A DNA stretch of 64,000 bases, from contig CAZIZG010000001.1 of the NCBI GenBank assembly GCA_964543815.1, forward strand, positions 116,265-180,264, written 5' to 3'. This stretch comes from an uncultured Bdellovibrionales bacterium. Lineage in GTDB: Bacteria; Patescibacteriota; Minisyncoccia; Moranbacterales; UBA1568. Below the pieces are notes generated by a model. The model searched no databases, was not told where the DNA came from, and saw nothing but the letters and a program-made list of their open reading frames with translations. The position numbers were made by a program, and so were the translations under genes. Positions within the stretch are counted from its first letter, which is position 1. Each line of letters starts with the position of its first letter. Positions 46,950 to 56,940 of the stretch are shown in pieces.

Positions 46950-48425
46950 TTAGTGGAGTTGAATCATTGAGAGGCTTGCCGCTGCCTGTTGAATAAGCAT
47001 AGAGAGAGTCTCGGGAACATACCAGCTCAGTACCACAAGGAGAGCTAGCAAAAAAATGAGTGGTACTTGGGTCAACTGGTTGGATTCACCTGATGTTATC
47101 CCTTCCGGCACCTTACCATACAGCATAGTCATCAAATGCTTCAGAAACCCAAAGAACACGATGCCGAGTGCCAAAATCACTACCGCTACCACATACGGGT
47201 AATGCTCCATGCCCGCCGACAAAAGCAAAAGCTCCGTCGTAAACATTCCGAATGGTGGCAATCCAAGAAGAGCAATAAAGGCCACAAAAAAAAGTGGGCC
47301 AGTAACTGGTAGCGTTCGCATCATACCACTGATATGACGCATCTTGGTCGAGCTGTATTTGAGAAAAATATTACCCGCAACAAAGAAAATAAGAGCCTTG
47401 CCAAGAGCATGGTAGAACATATGGAGCAGCGCCGCAAATGTCCCCACACCACCGAAGCCAAAACCAAGTACCAAGAGTCCTGCATGTTCAATACTCGAAT
47501 AAGCCAATAATCGTTTATAGTTTTTCTGAATGAAAATAATGAGCGCAGCGAAAACAATCGAAAGTACTCCAAAGAACAAAAAGAGTTCCGCAGTAAAAGA
47601 AGATTGTAGTGCCGTATCCGTAAGCGCCTTAAAACGAAGTACCGCTACAATCGCCACATTAAGCAGCACACTAGAAAGAAGTGCCGCAATAGGAGTTGGG
47701 GCCTTGGAGTAAGTATCCGGCTTCCAGGTATGCATCGGGACGAGTCCAACCTTGGTGCCATAGCCCACCAAAACAAAGATAAATGCAATCTTGACAATGA
47801 GTGGCTCCATTGAAGTAGCGCTGTCACGAAGCAATTCCCAGGTAATAGACCCTTCTCTCATTTGTGGCAGAGCCAGAAAAAGGAGTGTTCCGAGAAGCGA
47901 CAGAAGTAACCCCAAGGAATTAATAATGAGATACTTCCAAGCAGCTTCCGTAGCAGACTGTTTGTTGTAAAAACTAATGAGAAAAGCAGTCGAAAGTGTG
48001 GTTGCCTCGATAGCAATCCACATCACCACCGGACTCATAGTAGCCACGGCCAGAAACATGGCGAAAAAGAATAATTTGAGTAACAGAAAATATTGGCGCA
48101 CACGACTCGGTCCAATAATCCTCTTCTCTACTTCTGCTCGCAAATACCCAATTGAATACAGACTAGCAAAGAGACCCACCAAAGCAATAATGAAAGAAAC
48201 ATACACTCCAAGCGCATCAAGAGAAAAGAGCTGAGAGGCCTCTACTGCGCCACGATCCACAACTCCGGGGATAAGCGCCAATACAAGGCCAAGCTCAATG
48301 ATACTCGATAAGAGCACTGTCTTTTCGATAAGACGCGTGTGTTTCGATTGAAGGAGCGCAATGAAAAATGCGGCAAGAAACGGAACAGCAATGAGATAAG
48401 TAAGCAGCATAAAATTATTCTTCAA
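46950..48425 (-). CDS. NuoN/HyfF/MrpD-like proton-translocating antiporter subunit
   Basis: 491 aa, about 14 TM, Mrp-antiporter fold motifs. Confidence 0.75.
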   Translation of the reverse strand: MKNNFMLLTYLIAVPFLAAFFIALLQSKHTRLIEKTVLLSSIIELGLVLALIPGVVDRGAVEASQLFSLDALGVYVSFIIALVGLFASLYSIGYLRAEVEKRIIGPSRVRQYFLLLKLFFFAMFLAVATMSPVVMWIAIEATTLSTAFLISFYNKQSATEAAWKYLIINSLGLLLSLLGTLLFLALPQMREGSITWELLRDSATSMEPLIVKIAFIFVLVGYGTKVGLVPMHTWKPDTYSKAPTPIAALLSSVLLNVAIVAVLRFKALTDTALQSSFTAELFLFFGVLSIVFAALIIFIQKNYKRLLAYSSIEHAGLLVLGFGFGGVGTFAALLHMFYHALGKALIFFVAGNIFLKYSSTKMRHISGMMRTLPVTGPLFFVAFIALLGLPPFGMFTTELLLLSAGMEHYPYVVAVVILALGIVFFGFLKHLMTMLYGKVPEGITSGESNQLTQVPLIFLLALLVVLSWYVPETLSMLIQQAAASLSMIQLH

Positions 48426-49074
48426 TGAGACGTTTCATCTTATCAACGTTGAGCGATCCAAACTGACGGTAAATCATTGAGATAAAGATTTGAGCAATAA
48501 TCATCCAGATCACGATATCAAAAATAATGCCCATCTCGAGAGCGGCTGGTTGCCTGATACCAATAAAGGAACCTAAAAGCAATATACTATTCTCGAGAGA
48601 AAGAATTCCTATCACTTGTGAAAACGCCCCTCGTCGATTAATCAGAATGAATATAGAAACAAGAATGATAGCCAAATTGAGTGGCAACACGCCGAACGCC
48701 TCAGGAACCAAAATACCGAGAGGTAAAAATACTTGCGAGTATGAAAAGAGTACCAGTCCCATCAGGACGACGAGCGTCATTGGCGTCGAAAGATAGTTAT
48801 TAGCCGTAAAACGTGTGCCATATCGCCGAATGAGTCGGCTAAAGAAAATAGGTGCCACCCCGGCCTTAATAAAGAGAGTCAGTGCGGCAACCAATACCAA
48901 TCCACGATCTCCTTCCGAAAGACCAATCCAAAAGAGAAACGAAGTCACTACAAGTGACTGGACAAAATACAGCCGGATAAGACTGCGATGGGTCTTGACC
49001 AGATGCATGGCCATGGTAGCAAGAAAAGCAATCAAATCGAGAGAGAAGTACAATTCGTGAGAGTGTTCAATCAT
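48415..49074 (-). CDS. HyfE-like / NuoK-like small membrane subunit
   Basis: 219 aa, 6-7 TM; C-terminal LENSILLLG NuoK-like helix. Confidence 0.55.
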   Translation of the reverse strand: MIEHSHELYFSLDLIAFLATMAMHLVKTHRSLIRLYFVQSLVVTSFLFWIGLSEGDRGLVLVAALTLFIKAGVAPIFFSRLIRRYGTRFTANNYLSTPMTLVVLMGLVLFSYSQVFLPLGILVPEAFGVLPLNLAIILVSIFILINRRGAFSQVIGILSLENSILLLGSFIGIRQPAALEMGIIFDIVIWMIIAQIFISMIYRQFGSLNVDKMKRLIEE

Positions 49075-49084
49075 AACAATCGCA

Positions 49085-50050
49085 TTAAAAGGTAATCGTC
49101 ACTGAGAGAGCGATGACGGAAAGAACAAAGGAGGTAAACAGCAAGTCTGGAACGCGAAAAATACGGAACTTGGCCATGGTTGACTCAATAAAGGCAACAC
49201 TGAAAAGAAGTAGTAACGCCTTCACGGTAAACCACAGCCCAGATGTAAGGAGGAGAGAAGGAAGGAGTGATGTGGCAATACCCCACGGGAAAAACACGTT
49301 TGCCCCCAGAGCAACAAAGATAAGTAGTTTGCTCCAACTCGCCCACTCGATAAGCGCTAAGCGTTTACCGGAGTACTCCAGTATCATGGCTTCATGAATC
49401 ATGGTCAGCTCCAGATGTGTAGCGGGATTATCGACCGGGAAACGGCCGTTTTCTGCTAAGAGAGCAATAAAGAAAGCAAGGAAGGCAATCACGAGTGGGA
49501 GATAGGACTGAAATGGTAAAGACCCCAGACTTTCTGCCATCGTCATCACATTTCCCGTCTGGGCAATAACAGAAGCCACTAAAAGTGAAAAGAAAAGACC
49601 CCCTTCAGCTAAAGCAGCCATTGTCATTTCACGACTTGAGCCAAAACCACCAAACCCACTTCCGATATCCATCCCGGCCAACGCCAGGAAGAATGTCCCG
49701 AGCGCAAAAAGATAAATAAGTGTAATAAAATCACCGCTCGCCAAAAACGACAACGCGTACGGTGTACCCTCAAAGAGAGAAGGTGCAACGGTTGAAAATA
49801 CCGGGACACTCGCCCCAATGAGCAAGGTCACGGCAAAAATGAGAAAAGGAGCAAACCGGAAGACCCAAGAAGCATCCTCAGAAATGACTTCGTCTTTATG
49901 AAATAACTTCCACAAATCACGGTATGGCTGAAACACACTCGCTCCCTCTCGATTCTGCATACGAGCCTTAATCTTGCGAATAATCCCTACCGAAAGTGGC
50001 GAAAGCGCCGGGATGAGTAGGAGTTGGAAAATAAAAATGAGAATATCCAT
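49085..50050 (-). CDS. NuoH/HycD-like membrane subunit
   Basis: 321 aa; 8 TM; N-terminus LSPLSVGIIRKIKARMQNREGASVFQPYRDLWKLF matches NuoH/HycD. Confidence 0.75.
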   Translation of the reverse strand: MDILIFIFQLLLIPALSPLSVGIIRKIKARMQNREGASVFQPYRDLWKLFHKDEVISEDASWVFRFAPFLIFAVTLLIGASVPVFSTVAPSLFEGTPYALSFLASGDFITLIYLFALGTFFLALAGMDIGSGFGGFGSSREMTMAALAEGGLFFSLLVASVIAQTGNVMTMAESLGSLPFQSYLPLVIAFLAFFIALLAENGRFPVDNPATHLELTMIHEAMILEYSGKRLALIEWASWSKLLIFVALGANVFFPWGIATSLLPSLLLTSGLWFTVKALLLLFSVAFIESTMAKFRIFRVPDLLFTSFVLSVIALSVTITF

Positions 50051-50060
50051 ACGTAAAAAA

Positions 50061-52121
50061 TTATGAGCGGGTCGTCCAATACAATAACACTACGAGTGTT
50101 ACAAACACGTAAAGAATATAGGCGTTGACATTGCCACCATGAATCCGTCGCATCTTAGAAGCAGCAAAATGGAGCACAGTATGGAGCGGACCATAAATCA
50201 TTTGATGATATGGGTCAGCAAGAGATGTCTTTACTTCTTGTGACTTGATGAAGTACCGCATATTTTCATCATGATACTCGACCTCTGTCTGCTTGGTTGG
50301 CCGAAGAATACCCCGAAAAATAGTCACGAGTGCCCGTGAAAAACTCGTGGCGGTTATTTCTGTTCTTGACGTAAGGGGTGTCCCGCAATCCCACGTTCGG
50401 CTTAGGGTAACGGTGCGCTTACGAGTAAACCAAACAACGAGACCACTTACAAAAGCGAAGACCAAAACGAGAGCAATGGCGACGGCATCAAGTGGTAAAA
50501 CATTGGCAAACTGTTCACGAGCAGCAACAAATTGAGCAAAAGGAAATTCGTAGGTCGCCTGATTTATCAAACCTATACTCGCTATGATGGCCACGAGCGA
50601 GGCAATCACTATTCCCGAGAACAAACCTAAAACAAGAGTGAGAAGAGCCAGCAAGCTCATACTCGCTATCATTGTGGCACCGCTTTCAGACACCACGCGC
50701 GGCTCAGCCTGTCGGGAACGAGCCAAAAAGGTGGTTCCGAAAGCCTTTACAAAACAAGCAGCCGCTAGTCCCCCGGTAAATGCCAGGCTAGCAATCGCAA
50801 AAATAAACACTGCCTTAACAGCAACACTGGTTGAGCCAATACCAACAAAAAGCGCCTGAAAAGTAAGCCACTCACTCGCAAAACCATTAAAAGGCGGGAA
50901 GGCAGAGATAGCAAGCGATCCAATAAGAAATAGAAAGGCAGTGTACGGCATAAAACGAATCAGTCCTCCATAGGCCTCCATATTTCGTGTGCCCGTACTC
51001 GCTACTACCGATCCAGCACCTAAAAACAAAAGGGCCTTAAAAATGGCGTGGTTCATGGTGTGATAGAGTGCTGCCGCCAGCGCAAAGAGAGCAAACGTTT
51101 CCAATCCAAGAGCAAAGAACGTAATCCCTGCACCAAAACCAAGAAGGATAATCCCAATATTTTCGATACTATGGTACGCTAATAATCGCTTAATATCATG
51201 CTCCGAAAGAGCATAGAGCACACCCAAAAGAGAAGAAAGGCTACCCAAAATCAGGAAGACGAGACCCCACTCAAGAGTTGCGCCTGGAAAAAAATCAAAG
51301 AAAAAACGAATGAACATGTAGATGGCTGTCTTGATCATTACACCAGAGAGCAGGGCCGATACATGCGTCGGAGCCGCAGAATGAGCGCCTGGTAGCCAAA
51401 TATGCACTGGGATGATACCCGCTTTAATACCAAACCCAAGCAACGCCGCTAAAAGAATGAGGTTGTGCATGAGCGGAGCAATCGTTCCTGCTACGGACCG
51501 CCAGTCATCAAAGTCAAAGGACCCTGTCACCCGATAGGCAAGAAAAAATGAAAGCGCTATCGCCAGAGTCCCAAAATGAGTCATGAGGAAATACAAGAAT
51601 CCAGCCCTGATACTCTCTTGTTTTTTATACTCATAGATAACCAAGAAATACGAGGCAAGAGACATGCACTCCCAAACCAGAAGAAAGAACAAGGCTTGAT
51701 TAGCCATAGTCACAAGCATCATGCTCGCGATGAAGGTATTGTAGAAAAAACCAAAGGTACCCAAATTATACTTACCATAAAAATGCTTCTGATAAGAGAA
51801 GCCATAGAGCGCTGAGGCAGCAGCGATGAGTGATACTAGACCGAGAAAAAATGCCGAAAGGCCATCCAACCGAAAGGAAAAATCAAATATACCTGGCAAT
51901 ACCCCCGGAAAGGAAAAAGCTATCCCCTGGCCAGCAATCAACACCTGAGCCGAAAGGACCAGTCCGAAGAGAGAGCCAATAAGCGCCACGCCGTGTGAGA
52001 AATACCCTGCTGTCTTGCCCTGATCAGCTACCGCCCGAGACAGCAAAAGCGCCCCTAAAGCACCCACAGAAAAAATGGAAAGCAACGCCATGATACTCGT
52101 AGATGCAAAAAGAGAATCCAT
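50061..52121 (-). CDS. NuoL/HyfB/MrpA-like large antiporter subunit
   Basis: 686 aa, about 16 TM plus C-terminal extension. Confidence 0.75.
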   Translation of the reverse strand: MDSLFASTSIMALLSIFSVGALGALLLSRAVADQGKTAGYFSHGVALIGSLFGLVLSAQVLIAGQGIAFSFPGVLPGIFDFSFRLDGLSAFFLGLVSLIAAASALYGFSYQKHFYGKYNLGTFGFFYNTFIASMMLVTMANQALFFLLVWECMSLASYFLVIYEYKKQESIRAGFLYFLMTHFGTLAIALSFFLAYRVTGSFDFDDWRSVAGTIAPLMHNLILLAALLGFGIKAGIIPVHIWLPGAHSAAPTHVSALLSGVMIKTAIYMFIRFFFDFFPGATLEWGLVFLILGSLSSLLGVLYALSEHDIKRLLAYHSIENIGIILLGFGAGITFFALGLETFALFALAAALYHTMNHAIFKALLFLGAGSVVASTGTRNMEAYGGLIRFMPYTAFLFLIGSLAISAFPPFNGFASEWLTFQALFVGIGSTSVAVKAVFIFAIASLAFTGGLAAACFVKAFGTTFLARSRQAEPRVVSESGATMIASMSLLALLTLVLGLFSGIVIASLVAIIASIGLINQATYEFPFAQFVAAREQFANVLPLDAVAIALVLVFAFVSGLVVWFTRKRTVTLSRTWDCGTPLTSRTEITATSFSRALVTIFRGILRPTKQTEVEYHDENMRYFIKSQEVKTSLADPYHQMIYGPLHTVLHFAASKMRRIHGGNVNAYILYVFVTLVVLLYWTTRS

Positions 52122-52124
52122 AGA

Positions 52125-52664
52125 TTAGGAATTAACGGAAGTATTTTCAACTTCAATATCCTCAAAAATTTGAAGCAGTGCCGCTAATACGGCTTTGGGT
52201 GATGGTGGATCACCAGGAATTTTGAAGTCTACAGGAATAACGTCTTCGACACTATTGTGAATACCATACGAATCACGATAAATCCCTCCATCGATAGCCC
52301 CATCCCCAACCGCCACTACAAAACGCGGGGTTGGCATCGCTTCATACGTGTGACGAAGTCCCTGTGCCATATTCCGAGAAACAGGACCCGTGACAAAGAG
52401 CATATCCGCATGACGTGGCGAGGCAACAAAGTGGATACCAAAGCGTTCTACATCATAATAAACATTCCCAAGAGCAGTTAACTCTTGTTCTTCGGCATTG
52501 CTTGATCCGGCCGCTACCTCACGAATAGCCAGTGATCCCTTAAAAAGCTTTTTGACCGATGCTTCAATTTTTTCTCCCAAAACCTCAGCGCTAAGATTCA
52601 GTAGCTCTGAGTGTGGCACCACTAATTTTGGCGTGGCGGCAATTTTACGTAACAGTCGGTACAT
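52125..52664 (-). CDS. NuoB/HycG-like small subunit with all four Fe-S (N2-type) cysteine ligands replaced
   Basis: ASPRHADMLFVTGP (NuoB SPRQADxMxVAG block); expected CC, C in GSCAxxGG and C in PGCPP read SS, GDGAIDGG and PGDPP. Confidence 0.7.
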   Translation of the reverse strand: MYRLLRKIAATPKLVVPHSELLNLSAEVLGEKIEASVKKLFKGSLAIREVAAGSSNAEEQELTALGNVYYDVERFGIHFVASPRHADMLFVTGPVSRNMAQGLRHTYEAMPTPRFVVAVGDGAIDGGIYRDSYGIHNSVEDVIPVDFKIPGDPPSPKAVLAALLQIFEDIEVENTSVNS

Positions 52665-52775
52665 ACAAACGGCATGGTCACTTCGTGACCAGAATTACAG
52701 AAAAACACAGCCGAAACCCTCTTTTCGGAAACACTCCCATTCTACTCTTTTCGAACTTTTTGTCCAGTCCTAGCC

Positions 52776-53393
52776 CTAAAGCGATTTTTTTTCGTACGTT
52801 TCACGGAGAAACCCAATAATCGCTGGGGCAAAAGAAATAATCACGATAACAAGGATAATAGGAAGGAGGTATCGGTCTACATCAATGACACTCCCGAGCG
52901 AATATCCCATCAGCACCAAACCAAGAGTCCATGCGAGCGATCCAATAAGGTTATAGATAAAAAACGTTCGATAACGCATATTGGCTACCCCGGCCACGAT
53001 AGGAGCGAAGGTACGGACAATGGGCATAAAACGAGCCAAGACAATCGTTTTGGGTCCGTGTTTGTCGTAAAAAGCCTGTGCTTTCAAAACGTGGGCTTTT
53101 TTAAAAATGAGCGAATCCTCACGGCTGAAAATTTTTGGACCAACCCTTCTTCCAAATTCATATCCAAAAGCATTTCCCAGTACCCCGGCCAGAAAGATAC
53201 CCCCGAGCAGCAATGGGAGAGAAAACAGGTTTTGGGAAGCCAAAAAACCTGCCACGAACAGAAGACTGTCTCCTGGGAAAAAAAACCCGAGAAAAAGCCC
53301 AGTCTCAGCAAAAACAATAGCAAATACCCCAATATACCCGATAGTTTCAATGAGCGAAACCAAATTTACACCAAAAAATTCCATATATATCAA
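52776..53393 (-). CDS. DedA/VTT-domain membrane protein
   Basis: ETGLFLGFFFPGDSLLFVAGFLAS ... LARFMPIVRTFAPIVAGV. Confidence 0.8.
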   Translation of the reverse strand: MIYMEFFGVNLVSLIETIGYIGVFAIVFAETGLFLGFFFPGDSLLFVAGFLASQNLFSLPLLLGGIFLAGVLGNAFGYEFGRRVGPKIFSREDSLIFKKAHVLKAQAFYDKHGPKTIVLARFMPIVRTFAPIVAGVANMRYRTFFIYNLIGSLAWTLGLVLMGYSLGSVIDVDRYLLPIILVIVIISFAPAIIGFLRETYEKKSL

Positions 53394-53449
53394 CCATGAA
53401 TTACCTCTTCAGTATACCCGAGGCACAAAGAATCAGGAAGCCCTGCTCA

Positions 53450-55540
53450 CTAACGTGAGAAGTCCGCGTCAAGAAGTATGGCCAGCTTACTCGGTAGCAT
53501 ATTTTTCCGAGTAAGCTCTCTTAGACCTTCTCCAAAGGCCTTGCGAAGACTCTCATTTCCAAAATCAATGTCTAATGACTCTACGATTGCCCCTGATTCT
53601 TGAACCAGCTGTACTTTACGAGCAGCAGCATCATCATGGAATATCTGATAATCCGCCATTACTTTTTCCAAAAGAACATCATACGCCGGTGAATCAAAGG
53701 ATGGATGAGCTTTTAATTTAGCAAACTCCTTCAAGACTTTACGGGTAATAATTTCCTGCGCCCGATAATAGCGATATCGGTCTCTCAAAATATCATCAGG
53801 CGCCTGACTGAGGCTCAAAAGTCGGCGCATGCCACGTGCGATTTGCTCAAACCAGTCAGGCTGAAAATCTTCATCAAGCGATTGAATCTGCGCTACACCC
53901 CCCTCTACTCGCTCAAGCTGCACATCGAGCTTGGTAAGTATACGCTTGTAGACCGACTCACTTACTTCACGGTACTGAAATAACAGTCCGAGGAAGTGTT
54001 TCTCAATGCCAAGGGCATACACTCGAAGCGCCTCCTCAAAATCATTCGGTGATTGATCAATAAGCCGTTCACACTCCGCTCGTTCCTTTTGCTGTCGATC
54101 CCGAATAGCTTCGGAGAGCTGATTATACGTTTGATCATTCATGTAGTTCTTATCGAAAAAATCATCCACTTTGGTTTGTCCGTAAGAAACAATATACGAT
54201 CGTGCCTGCCGATAACCAGCCTCCTCTACCGGCGATAAAGCATCTAATCGAAACCTACGAATCATCGTTCCAATCGTCAACGCCTTAACGAAAAGAGTGA
54301 AATAGATACAACCAATAGTAAGAGCGGTTATGAACTCTTTGAGACTAAATGCAAATTGCCAATGAGGCAGTGTCAAATCATCAGGAATAAGAAGCACCAT
54401 CACAACTGCCAAAGCCCCCCGCAGGCTCCCCCAAGAGAGTAGGTGTTGCCAAGTTAAAGGGATGGTAGCCTCCTTCTTACCTACGTTGAGCCACCAAGCA
54501 ATTGGATAGATAGACACCGCACGAGCGAGAGCTACCACCATCACGGTCAAAATAATTGGGACAATAAAATCCTTCAATTCAATTGGAAGGCTCGCAAAAA
54601 GAAAACCCATGGTGATAAAAACAAGTGAATTCACCAAAAATGCAAAGTACCCCCAAAAACTTTCCATGAAATGATGGCTCGAAAGCGAAAGCTTGGAACG
54701 GCCATAATTTCCGATGACCATGGCCGCCATAACAGTGGCAATAATGGAAGAAAAATGAATCTCCTGACCGAAAAGAACCAAGTGATGAGAAATAACTTCT
54801 GATAAAATGAAGGTCAGGTGTGCCACAAGCATGGTCAGAGTAATTTCAATATGTTCGTTATCATCAACCCGCTCGATAATCTTGGCAAAAAGAAAACCCA
54901 TAAGGATACCGAAGGCTACGCCTCCAAATACCATGGTGACGAACATAAAAATACCTTCGATAATCGTCCCTACGCCGGTAAACCCATGAAGAATCACCTC
55001 CAGAACCACCAGAAAAGCAGCGAGTGATGTTCCGTCATTAAAGAGACTCTCTCCCTCAAACAGAAACGCTAGGCGTCGTGGCACACCAAATTCCTTGAAA
55101 AGCGCCAGAACGGCTACTGGGTCCGTGGCTGAAATGAGGGCTCCAAAAAGAAGCGTCCCGAGAAATGGCACTTCCATCCCGATAACTTTCAATACAAAGA
55201 AAAGTACAGCCGCAATAAAAAACATTGAAACAACGAGACTCCCCACAGAAAACCATGAGACAGCCCGAATATTGGTCATCAAGTCGCGAACCCGCATATT
55301 ATACGCCGACTCAAAAATAAGAACGGGTAAAAACAGATAAAACAACAGGTCGGGCGTCAATCGAAAGGCCTGAAGAAATGAAAAAAATGAGAGCTGTGTC
55401 AGTGGCACAAGAAGCGATCCTACCAATACCAAAAGCACCGTATACGGCATACGAATGCGACGAGAAATAAAATAAGTACCCAGTGAAATAAGCATGAGCA
55501 CAAAAAACGACAGTACCATTTCGAGCGACATAGTATGCAT
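53450..55540 (-). CDS. cation:proton antiporter, CPA1 (NhaP-type) with large cytoplasmic C-terminal domain
   Basis: LFEGESLFNDGTSLAAFLVV, 12-13 TM, about 270-aa soluble tail. Confidence 0.8.
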   Translation of the reverse strand: MHTMSLEMVLSFFVLMLISLGTYFISRRIRMPYTVLLVLVGSLLVPLTQLSFFSFLQAFRLTPDLLFYLFLPVLIFESAYNMRVRDLMTNIRAVSWFSVGSLVVSMFFIAAVLFFVLKVIGMEVPFLGTLLFGALISATDPVAVLALFKEFGVPRRLAFLFEGESLFNDGTSLAAFLVVLEVILHGFTGVGTIIEGIFMFVTMVFGGVAFGILMGFLFAKIIERVDDNEHIEITLTMLVAHLTFILSEVISHHLVLFGQEIHFSSIIATVMAAMVIGNYGRSKLSLSSHHFMESFWGYFAFLVNSLVFITMGFLFASLPIELKDFIVPIILTVMVVALARAVSIYPIAWWLNVGKKEATIPLTWQHLLSWGSLRGALAVVMVLLIPDDLTLPHWQFAFSLKEFITALTIGCIYFTLFVKALTIGTMIRRFRLDALSPVEEAGYRQARSYIVSYGQTKVDDFFDKNYMNDQTYNQLSEAIRDRQQKERAECERLIDQSPNDFEEALRVYALGIEKHFLGLLFQYREVSESVYKRILTKLDVQLERVEGGVAQIQSLDEDFQPDWFEQIARGMRRLLSLSQAPDDILRDRYRYYRAQEIITRKVLKEFAKLKAHPSFDSPAYDVLLEKVMADYQIFHDDAAARKVQLVQESGAIVESLDIDFGNESLRKAFGEGLRELTRKNMLPSKLAILLDADFSR

Positions 55541-55590
55541 TTTAAAAATGAGAAAACATTTCCCATGGTACTCCTCTCTTTTGTTTTGTC

Positions 55591-55625
55591 AAAACAAAAA
55601 CCCTCTCCTTACGGAGAGGGTTTTT
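55591..55625. terminator. bidirectional terminator CCCTCTCC-ttac-GGAGAGGG
   Basis: A-run before and T-run after; 17 nt past the rplL stop. Confidence 0.7.
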
Positions 55626-55641
55626 GAAACCGAAACGGTAC

Positions 55642-56043
55642 TTATTTGGCAACGGCAGTAGCACCAGCCTCTACAAGCTTTTTGACGATAGCTTCGGCAT
55701 CGGCCTTAGCAATCTTCTCCTTGATAACCTTTGGGGCGGCATCTACCATATCCTTAGCCTCCTTGAGACCAAGACCAGTCACTTCACGCACTACCTTGAT
55801 GACGTTAATCTTTTGAGCACCAGCAGCAGAGAGCTCAACATCAAACTCTGTCTTCTCTTCAGCAGCTTCGGCAGCAGCGGCTGGAGCAGCACCCATCATA
55901 ACAGGAGCAGCGGCAGAAACACCAAACTTGTCCTCAAGTACGTGGACGAGCTCAGAAAGATCAAGCACGCTCATCTTTTCAATCTCAGCAACGAGCTTCT
56001 CAAACTTCTCTGGCACTACGACGTCCTTCTTTTCTTCTGACAT
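55642..56043 (-). CDS. rplL: 50S ribosomal protein L7/L12
   Basis: 133 aa; Ala-rich hinge; C-terminal [32 protein letters not shown]. Confidence 0.95.
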   Translation of the reverse strand: MSEEKKDVVVPEKFEKLVAEIEKMSVLDLSELVHVLEDKFGVSAAAPVMMGAAPAAAAEAAEEKTEFDVELSAAGAQKINVIKVVREVTGLGLKEAKDMVDAAPKVIKEKIAKADAEAIVKKLVEAGATAVAK

Positions 56044-56082
56044 ATCGTTAAAATTATGGTTACTTAGTTGATGACAAATAAA

Positions 56083-56607
56083 TTAGGCTTTCTTTTCTTC
56101 TATAGCTTTCAATACCTGAACCAATCCACTCAAATTACCATTGAGAACTCGAACAAAACTGGTAATGGGTGCCTGGAGTGTTCCGACGAGCTTCGCCCGA
56201 AGTTCATCCTGGCTTGGCAATTTGGCAAGCGCCTTCACTTCGTTAGCAGTAAGCGACTTGCTCCCAAGTGCACCACCCTCGATTGAAAGCGAAACCTCCT
56301 TATTGGCTTTCTGAAAATCGGCAATTACCTTGGCGGCAGCAACTTCATCCTGAGAAAAAGCCACTCCGACCTGGCCATCGAGCGCCCGAGCGTCAACAGC
56401 GACACCTGCATCTTTCAGGGCAATATTGAGCAAGGTCTTCTTTAAAACCTGCCAGCTTGAACCGCTCTTCCGGAGCTCACGACGAATAGCCGTAATGTCC
56501 TTCACGGACACGCCCTTAAAGTTGGCAAAGACAAGAGCCTTGGACTCCTTGATTTTCTTCGCCACCTCAGAAACGAGAGCTTCCTTCTGTTGTTTCGTCT
56601 GTTGCAT
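56083..56607 (-). CDS. rplJ: 50S ribosomal protein L10
   Basis: MQQTKQQKEALVSEVAKKIKESKALVFANFKGVSVKDITAIRRELR; start at ATG 56605-56607. Confidence 0.9.
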   Translation of the reverse strand: MQQTKQQKEALVSEVAKKIKESKALVFANFKGVSVKDITAIRRELRKSGSSWQVLKKTLLNIALKDAGVAVDARALDGQVGVAFSQDEVAAAKVIADFQKANKEVSLSIEGGALGSKSLTANEVKALAKLPSQDELRAKLVGTLQAPITSFVRVLNGNLSGLVQVLKAIEEKKA

Positions 56608-56623
56608 AGCGGTATATTTAAAC

Positions 56624-56647
56624 AAAAATCTGCGGGAAAACCGCAGA
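56624..56647 (-). promoter_or_regulatory. rplJ leader attenuator/terminator hairpin (TCTGCGG-ttttc-CCGCAGA + UUUUUGUUU) 17 nt upstream of the start codon
   Basis: intrinsic-terminator-like structure inside the roughly 180-nt leader between rpsP and rplJ. Confidence 0.5.
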
Positions 56648-56940
56648 CTTGAGAATTCTTTCAAAGGCTTCTGATACTATCTTTTCGACTGTTATCAGAA
56701 ATCTATTCCTCGTGAGGGACTTACTTCGCTACCACTGCTACCAATCCGGCGCAGGCAGCTCATGCCTCAGGTCTACGGATATTTGATTGTGTATCTAGGG
56801 TACCAAAGGAATATTCCTTTGTCAATCCCACACTATTTCCTTGGAAAATTTCAGCGAGCAGATGCCTTGAGGCGTAGCCGCCTATCGGCTCATATCAGAG
56901 AGTATCCACACGTCTATATAGAAATTGTGCGGGATCAATG

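Noticed and set aside
45357-52664. Calling the cluster a functional [NiFe] hydrogenase (hyc/hyf) or respiratory complex I
   Set aside because: All NiFe-site and N2-cluster cysteines are substituted and no electron-input or ferredoxin subunits are present.
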